A stretch of DNA of 64,000 bases from a bacterium (GTDB lineage Bacteria > Patescibacteriota > Minisyncoccia > Portnoybacterales > GWB1-42-6), in assembly GCA_043800535.1 (NCBI GenBank), contig JAZDMV010000023.1, positions 111,186-175,185 of the forward strand, written 5' to 3'. Within the stretch, counting starts at the first letter, position 1. The number at the start of each line of letters is the position of its first letter. A program made the position numbers and the translations under genes. This document shows, one piece after another, positions 1 through 10,315 of the stretch. Under the pieces are notes generated by a model that worked only from the letters and a program-made list of their open reading frames with translations, was not told the DNA's origin and made no database searches.

Positions 1-450
1 TTTTATAAAACTTGTCAGCACAATTAAAAACTTCGCTTTCTGCCAAATCTTCCTGTGAGATTTTTTGATTTTTTCTGGTAGAGAATGGACTTCCAGTGCA
101 AAATCCTCGAAAAATAAACCAGCTGCCCGCTCGCGCGTGTATAAAATATCATAACTTTTGCCTGACAAATAAATTCTTGCCGCGATCAAAAAACTGGCTA
201 ACCTGATCCAGAAATTAAAACGGCCGGCACTGCCGGGATTCAGATCCAGACAAAACAACTGCGTTATTTTAAAATTATCTTTTACGCCGTAATGTGCAAA
301 AAAATCTTCTTTTAAATTTGATGACCGCCGGGGAACCACCAGCTCAACCTCCAGCCCGTTTGCGCCAAACGCCTCGCACATCTTCATTATCTGAATTTCG
401 TGAGCCCAGTTTGCCGGCAAACCGATATTGGCTAAATAGATTAGTTTCAT
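1..450 (-). CDS. GT4 glycosyltransferase, N-terminal part (runs off window start)
   Basis: Not in the ORF track; translated by hand from ATG 448-450, which overlaps the gmd stop (ATGA): MKLIYLANIGLPANWAHEIQIMKMCEAFGANGLEVELVVP...FLIVLTSFIK, open to position 1; GT4 N-terminal pattern. Confidence 0.8.
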   Translation of the reverse strand, partial: MKLIYLANIGLPANWAHEIQIMKMCEAFGANGLEVELVVPRRSSNLKEDFFAHYGVKDNFKITQLFCLDLNPGSAGRFNFWIRLASFLIAARIYLSGKSYDILYTRERAAGLFFEDFALEVHSLPEKIKKSHRKIWQKAKFLIVLTSFIK

Positions 451-1451
451 ATGTGCTTCAAAAATTGCTGGCTGTGTTTTAACGGTTCCCGATATTTTTC
501 CAGATCCGCCTCAACCATCATTTTGACCAGTTCCTTAAAGGTGACTTTCGGCTGCCAGCCAAGTTTTTCTCTGGCTTTTGATGGGTCACCCAAAAGATAT
601 TGCACGTCATTTGGCCGATAGAACTTTTTATCCGTCTCTACATATTGGCTCCAATCAAGACCAATACAACCAAAGGCCTCCTGGCAGAACTCTTTGACAG
701 TGTGAGATTCCCCTGTGGCAATAACATAATCATCGGCTTCTTTTTGCTGCAGCATCAACCACATTGCTTTAACATAATCGCCGGCAAATCCCCAATCCCG
801 TTTGGCCTCAAGATTCCCCAAATAGATCTTGTCGCTATAGCCCATTTTAATCCGGGCTGCTCCATCGGTGATTTTTCTGGTCACAAATTCAACCCCCCTA
901 ATGGGTGACTCATGGTTGAATAAGATGCCGGAGCAGGCAAATAGGCCGTAGCCTTTGCGATAGCTTTTGGTGACCCAGTGGGCATAGAGCTTGGCCGCCG
1001 CATACGGACTGTTTGGCTCAAAAGGTGTATTCTCGTTTTGTGGCGGCGGCGCGTCACCGAACAATTCCGAGGTTGAGGCCTGATAAAATCTTATTTTTGG
1101 ATCCAATATGCGGATAGAATCCAGGATCCTTGTGACGCCAAGACCCGTTATTTCTCCCGTGGCGATTGCTTCATCAAACGAGACGCCGACAAAGCTTTGG
1201 GCGGCCAGATTATAGATCTCATCGGGCTCACACTGCTTGATGGCGGATAAAATGGAGGTCTGGTCAAGCAAGTCCAGCGGAATGAGTTCGATGTTCTTTT
1301 TGACATCAAGATAATGCAGGCGCCAAAAATTTCTGGTGCTTGAACGCCTATAGCCGCCATAAACTTTGTATCCTTTCTCGATCAAAAATTTGGCCAGATA
1401 CGGCCCGTCCTGGCCGGTAATGCCTGTGATTAAAGCGCGTTTGTTGAACAT
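447..1451 (-). CDS. gmd: GDP-mannose 4,6-dehydratase (copy 1)
   Basis: ALITGITGQDG, YNLAAQSFV, FYQASTSELFG, SPYAAAK, GILFNHESP, FVTRKI, RDWG motifs. Confidence 0.95.
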   Translation of the reverse strand: MFNKRALITGITGQDGPYLAKFLIEKGYKVYGGYRRSSTRNFWRLHYLDVKKNIELIPLDLLDQTSILSAIKQCEPDEIYNLAAQSFVGVSFDEAIATGEITGLGVTRILDSIRILDPKIRFYQASTSELFGDAPPPQNENTPFEPNSPYAAAKLYAHWVTKSYRKGYGLFACSGILFNHESPIRGVEFVTRKITDGAARIKMGYSDKIYLGNLEAKRDWGFAGDYVKAMWLMLQQKEADDYVIATGESHTVKEFCQEAFGCIGLDWSQYVETDKKFYRPNDVQYLLGDPSKAREKLGWQPKVTFKELVKMMVEADLEKYREPLKHSQQFLKHI

Positions 1452-1492
1452 AGTTTTTTTTAATTTTAATAATAAATTTGTCTTTTAATATT

Positions 1493-3058
1493 CTATTCCC
1501 AGCCCAAAATTTCGGGAATTTTATCTTTTATCTTTTCGTAATTGCGCTCTTTGATGATATCGTAGGCCAAATTAAAAATTTTCATCACGTCTTCTTTGCT
1601 AAAATCCTTGGTCTGAACCACCGGCATATCGGGCCTCAATCTCAGCTTATCAAGCTCAAGATTGTTGTCCAGTGCCCCCATTTCCTGGGCCATTTGGAAT
1701 GCTTTGGTGCCGGGCAATGGTTGAAAAACATAGAATCTGGCTCCATCCATGCCCGATTCAAAGGCGAATTTTAACGTTTTTATCATGGTCTGACGCGTCT
1801 CGCCCGGATAGCCAAAGATAAAAAATCCACGGGTGCGCAAGCCAACCTCTTTTGCCTGCGCAATAATTTCTTTAATTTTTTCTAGCCTCAGGTTTTTACA
1901 GATGACTTTATCCAAAAATTCCTGGTCGCCATTTTCAACGCCAAACTGCAATTCTCTCAAGCCAGCTTTATATAGATATTCAAGGGCTTCTTTGTCAAGC
2001 GAAGGGAGAAAAACGCCGCTGGGCGTGACCAAGCGGACATTATGTTTGCGTTCAATAATACCCTTGCATATCTCAATGGTCCGGGATTTTGAAACGGTAA
2101 AATTATCGTCAACGATAACGATCTCTTTGGCGCCGTGCTTAACTAAAATGTCGATTTCGTCCAAAACATTTTTTGAAGAACGTATCCGATAAGTTTCTCC
2201 CCAAACCGCGTGAATGGCACAAAAGGTGCATCGGTTAGGGCAGCCGCGGCTGGTAATAATAAAACCGTGGGGCATAAAAAGCGCTTTTGGCTTGTTTCTG
2301 TGCCGCCAATTGAAAAATCTGGCAAAAATATAGCGAATTCCGGGGACAGAAAGAGACGCGTATAAAATCCAGCTTTTTACAAGCTTCTTTAAATTAAAAT
2401 GCCTGGAATAACCATAACCGGCTGGCTTTGAATAATTATAAAGTCCAAGAGAGCCGCGATGCGGAAAAATAATTTTATCAAGGTCTGTTTGAACAGGCCG
2501 CGCCTGATTATAAATAATTTCGCCCGAACCGAGTTTACGGAAACAAATTCCTTTGACCGCTGCCAGATTATCTAAATTGTCCGCCAGGTCAACCGCCGTT
2601 TCCTCCCCTTCTCCCAAAACAATCGCGTCAAAGCTTTTGCACTCGCGCATAACCTCGGCCTTGTAAGAAGAAGGGAACGCTCCTCCGCCAAAAACGAAAA
2701 TGTCCTTGTCAGCTTCTTTTGCCAGGTCAGCTGTTTGATAAAAAGAGCTTGCCTGGGCGTAAAACATACCCGAAATCCCGATAATATCCGGCTTAAATTT
2801 TTTGACCTCTTTTGCAATGTGCCGTTTTTCGCTGCCGCAGTGAAAAAGATTTTTTTCAGGCAAAAACCGCACGTTTCTTGGATGCTCGACCAGACAGTCA
2901 TAAATTTTGACTTCGTGGCCATGAGCCAACAATGCTGACTGGATATATTGCAGGCCCAATGGTTCAAAGGGCAAAAAAACCAACTCATTTTCCTGCATTT
3001 CAAAAAAGGGCCTGACCAGCAAAATTCGGTGTTTCCCTTTTTTAAAAACATCATTCAT
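1493..3058 (-). CDS. Cobalamin-binding radical SAM enzyme (rSAM-1)
   Basis: N-terminal B12-binding-like domain (PLGLQYI...PDIIGIS...GGAFPS...GEGEET); TSRGCPNRCTFC CxxxCxxC; DDNFT; FIFGYPGET. Confidence 0.9.
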   Translation of the reverse strand: MNDVFKKGKHRILLVRPFFEMQENELVFLPFEPLGLQYIQSALLAHGHEVKIYDCLVEHPRNVRFLPEKNLFHCGSEKRHIAKEVKKFKPDIIGISGMFYAQASSFYQTADLAKEADKDIFVFGGGAFPSSYKAEVMRECKSFDAIVLGEGEETAVDLADNLDNLAAVKGICFRKLGSGEIIYNQARPVQTDLDKIIFPHRGSLGLYNYSKPAGYGYSRHFNLKKLVKSWILYASLSVPGIRYIFARFFNWRHRNKPKALFMPHGFIITSRGCPNRCTFCAIHAVWGETYRIRSSKNVLDEIDILVKHGAKEIVIVDDNFTVSKSRTIEICKGIIERKHNVRLVTPSGVFLPSLDKEALEYLYKAGLRELQFGVENGDQEFLDKVICKNLRLEKIKEIIAQAKEVGLRTRGFFIFGYPGETRQTMIKTLKFAFESGMDGARFYVFQPLPGTKAFQMAQEMGALDNNLELDKLRLRPDMPVVQTKDFSKEDVMKIFNLAYDIIKERNYEKIKDKIPEILGWE

Positions 3059-4157
3059 CGGCTAATACACGCTTAAAATTACGGCAGATGAAACTGACTT
3101 GCTTTTCGGTCAGAAGCGTACTGCTTGGCAGACTGATACCGTGCTGATAGGCATATTCAGCATTGGGAAATTTTTGGTTCATGGCATACGGCTGAAAAGG
3201 TTTTTGCAGGTGCAGCGGCTTAAAAAACGGACGGGAGGCAACCCCTTTCTCTGAGAGCTTCTGGCGAACAGCGTCTATATCTTTATTTATTAACACACTG
3301 AAAAGCCAGCAGACGGCCTCGGCTTTTTTATCATTTGAAAGCTGAAAAGTAATGCTAGGGCAATTGGCCAGCAATTTTTCATAAAGCAATTTCATCGTCT
3401 TGCGCGCCTTAAGAAATTTCTGGAATCTTTCAAATTGAGCGCAACCAACAGCCGCTTGAAGATTCGTCATCCTGTAATTGTAGCCAACCACTTCGTGGTC
3501 ATAAACGCCCCGCGAACGCATTCCATGGTTCTTTAAAATGGCCATTTTTTCGTATAGTTCCTGGCTATCGGAAAGACAAACTCCGCCTTCGCCTGTTGTC
3601 AAAATTTTATTACCGTAAAAAGAAAAACAGCTGACTTCGCCAAAGTTGCCGACCGGTTTGCCACCAAAAAAGGCGCCGTGCGATTCAGCTGCATCTTCTA
3701 TCAAAAAGATCTTATGCGCTTTACACCAATGAACAATATAATCGTAATCGCATGGCATACCGTAAGTATCAACTGCTATCAATGCTTTAGTCCTCTTGGT
3801 CAATTTTTTATCCAATTCTTTTACGTCAAGATTCCAGTCGTTTTTATTGATATCGACAAAAACCAGCTTTGCGCCGCAATGGATGACAACCGCGGCCGGC
3901 GCGGCAAAAGTAAAAACTGGCACAATGACTTCGTCCCCTGGCCCAATACCCAGGGCCAGCAGGGCCAGATGCAAAGCCGTAGTTCCGCTTGAACAGCTTA
4001 ACGCAAATTTACGCCCAAAATTTTTGGCGGCCAAAACCTCAAACCTGTCAATATATTTTCCGGCCGAAGAAACTCTGCCTTCATTTTTTATCGCATCAAT
4101 CAGATATTTTACCTCGTTGCCTGAAAGGTCCGGTGCGGCCACTGGTATTTTTTTCAT
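3051..4157 (-). CDS. DegT/DnrJ/EryC1/StrS PLP aminotransferase, perosamine synthase-like
   Basis: SSGTTALHLAL, IEDAAESHGA, FSFYGNKILTTGEGG (PLP Lys), GYNYRMTNLQAA; start taken at MKKIPV. Confidence 0.9.
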   Translation of the reverse strand: MKKIPVAAPDLSGNEVKYLIDAIKNEGRVSSAGKYIDRFEVLAAKNFGRKFALSCSSGTTALHLALLALGIGPGDEVIVPVFTFAAPAAVVIHCGAKLVFVDINKNDWNLDVKELDKKLTKRTKALIAVDTYGMPCDYDYIVHWCKAHKIFLIEDAAESHGAFFGGKPVGNFGEVSCFSFYGNKILTTGEGGVCLSDSQELYEKMAILKNHGMRSRGVYDHEVVGYNYRMTNLQAAVGCAQFERFQKFLKARKTMKLLYEKLLANCPSITFQLSNDKKAEAVCWLFSVLINKDIDAVRQKLSEKGVASRPFFKPLHLQKPFQPYAMNQKFPNAEYAYQHGISLPSSTLLTEKQVSFICRNFKRVLADE

Positions 4158-4161
4158 ATTT

Positions 4162-4989
4162 TTATTTGTGCTTAGCAATTATCGTCATGCTTTCCAATTC
4201 TCCTTCACGCTGAATACCCCTGAATTTTCCGCTGGGGAAAATATCAATTATTGATAAACCGACCTTATTTAATATTTTTTTTATTGACCTCTCTGTAAAA
4301 TGCCAGGTATGGTCAACTAAAGATAACCAAGGTCCTTGAGCACTCATTTTAGGAATCCGAATAACAAAAATTCCGTCTTGAGCCAAAAGTGGTTTTATTT
4401 TTTTAATAAACGATGATGGATTCTGAACGTGCTCAAGAAGGCTGTACATCGCGATAACATCGTAACGACTCTTTCTCAAAGAGTTGGTAAAAGAACCTTG
4501 CGGAGGAGAAAAAACCACTTTCAGCCCTTTTTTTTGACAAATTTTTATCGCTTCTTTTGAAAATTCAACGCCATCGGTTGTCTTAAAACCTTTTTCTTTG
4601 GCCGCTATCAAGGTGTGGCCGTAAGCGCAGCCAACCTCTAAAATCGACTCTGGATTCTTTTTGTATTTTAAAATTTCTTCTACCCTTATCTTGGCGATGG
4701 CCGTTGATTTTTCGTCGCTAACCGTTAACCCATACATATCGTCCGTACCTTTAAAATAAGAGGGGTGGTTATAGAGGCTGTCCAGATATTCTGGGCCTGG
4801 CTGAGGGAAAAGGAATAATAAATCATCAGCGACACAATGCCTGATCCTGTAAGTCTCTGCGTTGATGCTGAAAATAAATCTATCCGCTGTTTTATTTTTT
4901 CCGCGACAAAGGCAACAGCGCACAAAATGGCTGTCTTGAGATTTCAGCCACGGGTATTTTAAATTTAATTGGGGAAGATTTTTTTTCAT
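4162..4989 (-). CDS. Class I SAM-dependent methyltransferase with N-terminal Cys cluster
   Basis: ILEVGCAYG motif I, YDVI...LLEHV, N-terminal CCLC...HC. Confidence 0.85.
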   Translation of the reverse strand: MKKNLPQLNLKYPWLKSQDSHFVRCCLCRGKNKTADRFIFSINAETYRIRHCVADDLLFLFPQPGPEYLDSLYNHPSYFKGTDDMYGLTVSDEKSTAIAKIRVEEILKYKKNPESILEVGCAYGHTLIAAKEKGFKTTDGVEFSKEAIKICQKKGLKVVFSPPQGSFTNSLRKSRYDVIAMYSLLEHVQNPSSFIKKIKPLLAQDGIFVIRIPKMSAQGPWLSLVDHTWHFTERSIKKILNKVGLSIIDIFPSGKFRGIQREGELESMTIIAKHK

Positions 4990-6248
4990 TTCTGATTAAG
5001 CAGCTTTAATATTTCTCCGTACAGCAAGGCCGCTGTATTTTTTATATCAAATAAGGTCTTTGCCTTCGCAATATTGTTCTCTCTGAATACTTTCCTTTCT
5101 TCATCGCTCAAATGCCTCGTTTTTTCCAAGGCGTCGGCTATAGCCTGCCTATCGCCCAAAGGCACCAGAAAGCCGTTCTTTCCGTTTTCAATCGCTTCTT
5201 TGATGCCGCCGACGTCATAAGCGACAATCGGCAAACCAATAGACATTGCTTCTTTCATCGCCATGCCCATACACTGACGAATAGTGGTAGCTGTCACGCA
5301 GAAACAATCCATTGCCGAATAAAGCCGCGCCAAAGTTTCTTCAGTTAAGCCCTGAAATATAAATAATGAATCTAAGGGAAAATTCATTTCCTTGGCGTGT
5401 TTCCACATTTCTTCTGATGACCCCATTCCGCACAAAATAATAGCCATTTCTTTTAATTTTTCTGGTGCCAATTTCAATAAGGCCTCAAAAATATGTTCAT
5501 GTCCTTTTCGCATTGTCAGGGCCCCTACTGACATAACTAAAAATTTATCGTCCGGCAAATTAAACTCCTTCCTCGCGGCTCGCTTATCATTGATCATCTG
5601 CCCGTTAAAAATATCAAAATTCACACCGCTGTAAACTATCCTTATTTTGTCTGGATTTATTGAATACTTTCTCGGACCTTCGGTGCAGTGTTCGCTCGGC
5701 GGCACAACAAGGTCAACCCCGTTTACCAAATAGTTCCATAATGCCGCTTCGTCCTTGTATTGAAGCTCTGCATAATTTTCCAAAATGACCGGCAGCTTAT
5801 GTCGTTTTGCGATTTTCAAGGCGACCAGGCTTTGCAGACCGGCAGTCTCTGTAATGATGATGTCAGGCTTGATACTTTTGATGTTCTGATCCAGATATAC
5901 GGCGCGCCCGGCACAATAAAGAAATCTGGCAAAAATAAATTCCCGAGATAATTTCAATTGTGAATATAACGCCTGAATGAATACACCCGGACCGACAAGA
6001 AAATTTTTAAGCACATACCACAATTTATCAATAATGTCCGGCGTCTTTAAAAAATCATAAAAATACTGCGCTCCTGCTTCAAGGTCTTCTTCCATCTCAT
6101 GCTTTTGCCGGATATGGATAAAAACCTGCGCGCCGTAAGTATTCCATATCTTTGCGTGCAGAAGACAGCGTTTAATAATCCCGCCATAGGGCGGTGGCAA
6201 GCTTTCTCCGTTATCGCCGGTGATCAGAATCTTCATCTGATTATGCAT
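4986..6248 (-). CDS. GT4 glycosyltransferase
   Basis: VYSGVN, SVGAL..RKG, EAMSIGLPIVAYDVGGI.EAI.NGKNGFLV. Confidence 0.85.
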   Translation of the reverse strand: MHNQMKILITGDNGESLPPPYGGIIKRCLLHAKIWNTYGAQVFIHIRQKHEMEEDLEAGAQYFYDFLKTPDIIDKLWYVLKNFLVGPGVFIQALYSQLKLSREFIFARFLYCAGRAVYLDQNIKSIKPDIIITETAGLQSLVALKIAKRHKLPVILENYAELQYKDEAALWNYLVNGVDLVVPPSEHCTEGPRKYSINPDKIRIVYSGVNFDIFNGQMINDKRAARKEFNLPDDKFLVMSVGALTMRKGHEHIFEALLKLAPEKLKEMAIILCGMGSSEEMWKHAKEMNFPLDSLFIFQGLTEETLARLYSAMDCFCVTATTIRQCMGMAMKEAMSIGLPIVAYDVGGIKEAIENGKNGFLVPLGDRQAIADALEKTRHLSDEERKVFRENNIAKAKTLFDIKNTAALLYGEILKLLNQK

Positions 6249-6330
6249 AATTTACTGTCAATTTAAGCACTCAAATTACATCACTATATTCGCATTTTTT
6301 GAGGTTTTTGTAAAGTTTTATGGACACCTA

Positions 6331-6369
6331 AAATAAAAGGCTCAGAACTATTTTGAATAGTCCTGAGCC
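6331..6369 (-). terminator. Intrinsic terminator after TIM-barrel gene
   Basis: Hairpin GGCTCAG.ACTATT-loop-AATAGT.CTGAGCC followed on the minus strand by TTTTATTT. Confidence 0.75.
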
Positions 6370-6377
6370 AAATTTGA

Positions 6378-7328
6378 TTAAATCATTCCTGGGCCTCTCG
6401 TGACCCAAGCATGGATAGCAATAAGGGCAGAGCGCGACTCAGTTGGATTCATGAAATCGCTGTCGATCACCTCAACCGTAGCTGAAATTTCCTGAGAGGA
6501 AGCGTTGATATATCTCACCAGTTCAATAAAATTTTCCTCTCCAATATTTCCCTCACCAGGAATTAGACCCTCTCTGAACCGACAAGTTCCCTCCCGCCAG
6601 ATACCCCAGACGTCAGACATATGGATATGAGGCGTCACGTCCTGCACTTGCTTATAGACATTTACCAAATTACCTTGCGCGCTTAATGTGCCCCAGTGAC
6701 ACGTATCGAATGTCATAAGAAACCCGTTCTTTTTAACGAATCCCCTTATCTCTAAGGGATCCGCGAACAAGGGATCGTAGACCATGTCATTGGAGGAAAA
6801 GAATGTATCGCCCATAAGAGGTACTGGCATGTTCTCGATGGCCAGCCCAACTCCCTGCTTTTTGACCCGCGAAAGGTTTCCAGCGACTTCCGAAAGAAGC
6901 TGGAGTCTATCACGATCAGTCAACCCCTCCATTTCTGCATGGCTCATAAGTGTCTCGGCGTGGACGTTTACCAAACTAGCGCCAATCCTGCTCGCGAGCG
7001 CGAAAACCTCATTGAGGATTTCCACGCTTTCAGGTCGCGAAAGATTGGTCGGCGCAGCCTCGTAATTATCACGGGTCACAGGCGCGTGGACCACGATCCG
7101 TTGCAGAGAAATCTCCTTTCTTGCTGCCTCCAGATTTTTGATGGTGTCATCCGCTTTTGAAACGGTGACAAAATTATCCAACGGCCCCACGATCTCAAGA
7201 CCCGTTGAGACACATAAATGCCGGTATCTCTCAATATGATCAAAGTCTCGAAGGCCCTTCAAAAGATCTACCCTTGTCGCCACATCCTTCTCCTTACTCG
7301 CCCTACAGGGCGTGCAGATAACGATCAT
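6378..7328 (-). CDS. Sugar-phosphate isomerase/epimerase, AP-endonuclease-2 TIM barrel family
   Basis: VHAP, VNVH, LAIENMP, FDTCH, HIHMSD, PGEG, TVEV metal-ligand pattern; SD AAGGAGG before ATG 7328. Confidence 0.7.
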   Translation of the reverse strand: MIVICTPCRASKEKDVATRVDLLKGLRDFDHIERYRHLCVSTGLEIVGPLDNFVTVSKADDTIKNLEAARKEISLQRIVVHAPVTRDNYEAAPTNLSRPESVEILNEVFALASRIGASLVNVHAETLMSHAEMEGLTDRDRLQLLSEVAGNLSRVKKQGVGLAIENMPVPLMGDTFFSSNDMVYDPLFADPLEIRGFVKKNGFLMTFDTCHWGTLSAQGNLVNVYKQVQDVTPHIHMSDVWGIWREGTCRFREGLIPGEGNIGEENFIELVRYINASSQEISATVEVIDSDFMNPTESRSALIAIHAWVTRGPGMI

Positions 7329-7373
7329 CTCCAGTCCCTCCTTTTTTGCTATGGATTTTAGGTACAATCCAAT

Positions 7374-7402
7374 ATTATATACCACCGATGACTAAAAGTC
7401 AA
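7374..7402 (-). promoter_or_regulatory. Sigma70-type promoter of TIM-barrel gene
   Basis: TTGACT-N17-TATAAT on the minus strand. Confidence 0.7.
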
Positions 7403-7498
7403 GAGCAAACAAAAAAGCCCATATACCTTAAAAATACACGGGCTTTCATATTTTTTATCAGTTGTCTTATCTTTGCTGTCCTAATTACGGAACTATCC

Positions 7499-8899
7499 TC
7501 ATATCCTCTGATAAACTTTGTAAACGCCAAATTCTTTGAGTAGGGCGTATTTTTTATCCAAAACATCCTGATATTGCACGGCATATTCGTCGCCTTTCCA
7601 CAAAACTATAAGTTCGGGCAATTTGTCATCTGAAAACGAAAGCGGATTCTCCCCTATCTGGCGGACGTCGGAAATGACGTGATATTTTTTTTCGGGCGGG
7701 ATAAACGCCGCCACCTGAGAAAGATTAATGATGCCGACGCTCTGGGCGGAGCGGCTGTTCACGAATGAAGACACCTCCTGGGGCCTGGTTGAATAAGCGA
7801 TATCTGAAAAAAAGAACAGCTGGACAACCTGAACTGAAATTAAAATGCCGCAAAAGACCAGTGCCTGCCACTTCTTAAAGATAAGTAAAAAAGAGGGGTA
7901 AATCAAAATAAGCGTTAAAAGCTCCAGGGCAAAAAGATATCTGAACCAGCCGGGGCTGCGCAAAAAATAAATAATAACAAGCGCGCCATAAATGCAGAAA
8001 AATAAAAAGGATTTCTGCCATATTTCCGGGATCGCTTTCCTGTGTCTGACAAAAGCGAAAACAGCCGCAAAGATCAAAAGAGAAAAATAGATCAGCGTGG
8101 TTTGCGAAAAGAACCCGGAAACATTATTCAAAAAATTAGTCGTCAGCGAAGGTGAATCAATGAACGGATTCTGATAAAGCTTATAAATATTTATCCAGCC
8201 GCCCACGGAAAAGAAATCCGGAATGATGAAAATAAAATATAAAAGCACGGGTAAAAAGCCGCCTGCCGCAAATTTAACTATTTTAAAAATTATATCCTTG
8301 CGAAAAAATAAAACATAGATTAAAAAAACCAGGGGTAAAGCGTGATAAATTGAGGGCTTGGCGGCCAAAGCCAGGCCGAAAAACAACCCAACCAACCAAT
8401 AATTCTCTCTTTTTATCAGATAATACAAACCCAGAAGCAAAAAGACAAAGCCCGGCACCTCTCCGGTCACGGGCCGGCCAATGCCAAAAAAAGAAGCGAA
8501 AGTGACGCATAATAATAAAGCATAAATAGCCGCCGGCTTGCCAAAAAAAGACCGCGTGACAAAATAAATCGTTGCTAGGGCGGCCAGGAGCCACAAAATC
8601 ATAAAGATCCTGGCCTGATCCCAGCCGAATCCAAAAATGGAGAAAAATCCCGCCAGAGGGACCATGGCCGGATAATTGCTTGTGACCAGAGTATAGGAAG
8701 CATTTGAAAATATCCCGGGAGCGGTTTGGATGTCCAGTTTGCCAAATAAAGAAAAATTTTGCGCCGCCTCAATATTAAAAGCTTCGTCAGGCCAGATGCT
8801 TGGTTTGGTCGCCAAGTTGTTCAGAGAAAAAACGACAACAAAAGCAAAAACCATTGTCAGTATCAGGACCTCATAATTTTTTTTAAAAAAATCAGCCAT
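7499..8899 (-). CDS. GT-C membrane glycosyltransferase (ArnT/PMT-like)
   Basis: N-terminal TM then WPDE acidic loop motif; about 11 hydrophobic segments; GLAL.AKP. Confidence 0.8.
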   Translation of the reverse strand: MADFFKKNYEVLILTMVFAFVVVFSLNNLATKPSIWPDEAFNIEAAQNFSLFGKLDIQTAPGIFSNASYTLVTSNYPAMVPLAGFFSIFGFGWDQARIFMILWLLAALATIYFVTRSFFGKPAAIYALLLCVTFASFFGIGRPVTGEVPGFVFLLLGLYYLIKRENYWLVGLFFGLALAAKPSIYHALPLVFLIYVLFFRKDIIFKIVKFAAGGFLPVLLYFIFIIPDFFSVGGWINIYKLYQNPFIDSPSLTTNFLNNVSGFFSQTTLIYFSLLIFAAVFAFVRHRKAIPEIWQKSFLFFCIYGALVIIYFLRSPGWFRYLFALELLTLILIYPSFLLIFKKWQALVFCGILISVQVVQLFFFSDIAYSTRPQEVSSFVNSRSAQSVGIINLSQVAAFIPPEKKYHVISDVRQIGENPLSFSDDKLPELIVLWKGDEYAVQYQDVLDKKYALLKEFGVYKVYQRI

Positions 8900-9554
8900 T
8901 TTCTTTTAAAAACAAAATTGAACAATACCAAGAAAAGTTAATCGGCAGCCATCTGGGAAAAATTATCATTTTTTCAACTCTAAAATGTTTTTTTGCCGCC
9001 TCAATGATGTCTTTGTGGCTAGAAGGATGCATCGCTCTGGGGTTCCATTCTTTTTTGCTCCAGCCAAATGTCTGGAAAAAAAAATCCGTTATCATATTGC
9101 GCACGGGAAAGGAAATCACTGCTTTACCGCTTTTTTGCATAACCCTTTTGACTTCAAGAAACGCCTTATCGAGATCATTCGGAAAAATGTGCTCAAAAAT
9201 GCTAACTGCCACCACTCCGTCAAAAAACTCATCCTGATATGGTAATTCAAGAACCGAGCCCTGCAAAAGTTCCGCTTTGACCCCCATTTTTGCAAGCATC
9301 GCCTCAACATCAGGAATTTTTTCGTGGATATCTATTCCAAAAAGATTTTGAGAGCGGCGCGACAATTCCGGCAGAAGGATACCGCTACCAAAGCCGATCT
9401 CCAGCAAGTTTTTATAACTCTTGCCCAAAAGATCCAAGGTGTTCATCAGCCGCTTTTTAAAAACGTAGCCGACCAGAGGAACATAATGATAAAAAATCGG
9501 GTCTCCGGCGTCCGTTTTTAACATTTTTCTCCGCGGCGGCAATAGCATTTTCAT
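8892..9554 (-). CDS. Class I SAM-dependent methyltransferase
   Basis: LLEIGFGSG, GID, LPY.DEFFD.V, FEHI. Confidence 0.85.
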   Translation of the reverse strand: MKMLLPPRRKMLKTDAGDPIFYHYVPLVGYVFKKRLMNTLDLLGKSYKNLLEIGFGSGILLPELSRRSQNLFGIDIHEKIPDVEAMLAKMGVKAELLQGSVLELPYQDEFFDGVVAVSIFEHIFPNDLDKAFLEVKRVMQKSGKAVISFPVRNMITDFFFQTFGWSKKEWNPRAMHPSSHKDIIEAAKKHFRVEKMIIFPRWLPINFSWYCSILFLKENG

Positions 9555-9561
9555 AATATAT

Positions 9562-10299
9562 TTAGTATCGGGCTCTGATTATCAACGAACCAGAGGCCTC
9601 TCTAAGCACAGGGATTTTTTCCAAAGCCAATCCCAGTCCTGAAACTATTTTTATTAAAAACTGAGGGACAATAGGATGTAAAAAATCATAAGGCAGAACT
9701 TCAACATCTGAAAAATCTTGCCGTCTCAAAAATTTTGCCAACTTCCAGCGTAAAAAAGCTGTCTCTTCGGGCGAATTGAGCAACCAGCGGCCAAAAAATC
9801 TGATATTTCTTTCCAAAAAGATCTCCGGGTTCAGCATATTGGGCTCGGAAAAAAAGATTTTTCCTCCTCTTTTGAGCACCCGCCTTATCTCACGAAAAGT
9901 TTTTTCCATATCAATATGGTGCAAGATCGAATTCCCGACTACCGCATCAAAGGATTGGTCCAAAAAAGGCAGTCCACCCACGTCAGCTACGGCAAAAACA
10001 ACATTGGGGAGCGCCAGGGTTTTTTCCGCGAATCTGATTGATTCGCCTGAAATATCAATGGCCGCAATCTGGGCTGATGGCAGAACAGGGGGAAGATATT
10101 TGGTCAGGTCGCCTATGCCGCAGCCTATTTCCAATATCTTGAGCTGCCCGCCGCTCCCAAGATAATCCGCGATTAAGTTTGCCCGACGAATTAATCTCTG
10201 CTTGCCAGCTTCGGTCTGATGCCCCCACCAGCTTATTCCCTTATTTGTAACTAAATAGTCAAAATGCTCTGCTTCTTTAATTTTTGAATGTTCAATCAT
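9562..10299 (-). CDS. Class I SAM-dependent methyltransferase
   Basis: ILEIGCGIG, LPF.DQSFDAV, ILHH, RVLKRGG. Confidence 0.88.
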   Translation of the reverse strand: MIEHSKIKEAEHFDYLVTNKGISWWGHQTEAGKQRLIRRANLIADYLGSGGQLKILEIGCGIGDLTKYLPPVLPSAQIAAIDISGESIRFAEKTLALPNVVFAVADVGGLPFLDQSFDAVVGNSILHHIDMEKTFREIRRVLKRGGKIFFSEPNMLNPEIFLERNIRFFGRWLLNSPEETAFLRWKLAKFLRRQDFSDVEVLPYDFLHPIVPQFLIKIVSGLGLALEKIPVLREASGSLIIRARY

Positions 10300-10315
10300 A
10301 AATTATTAATGTCTC

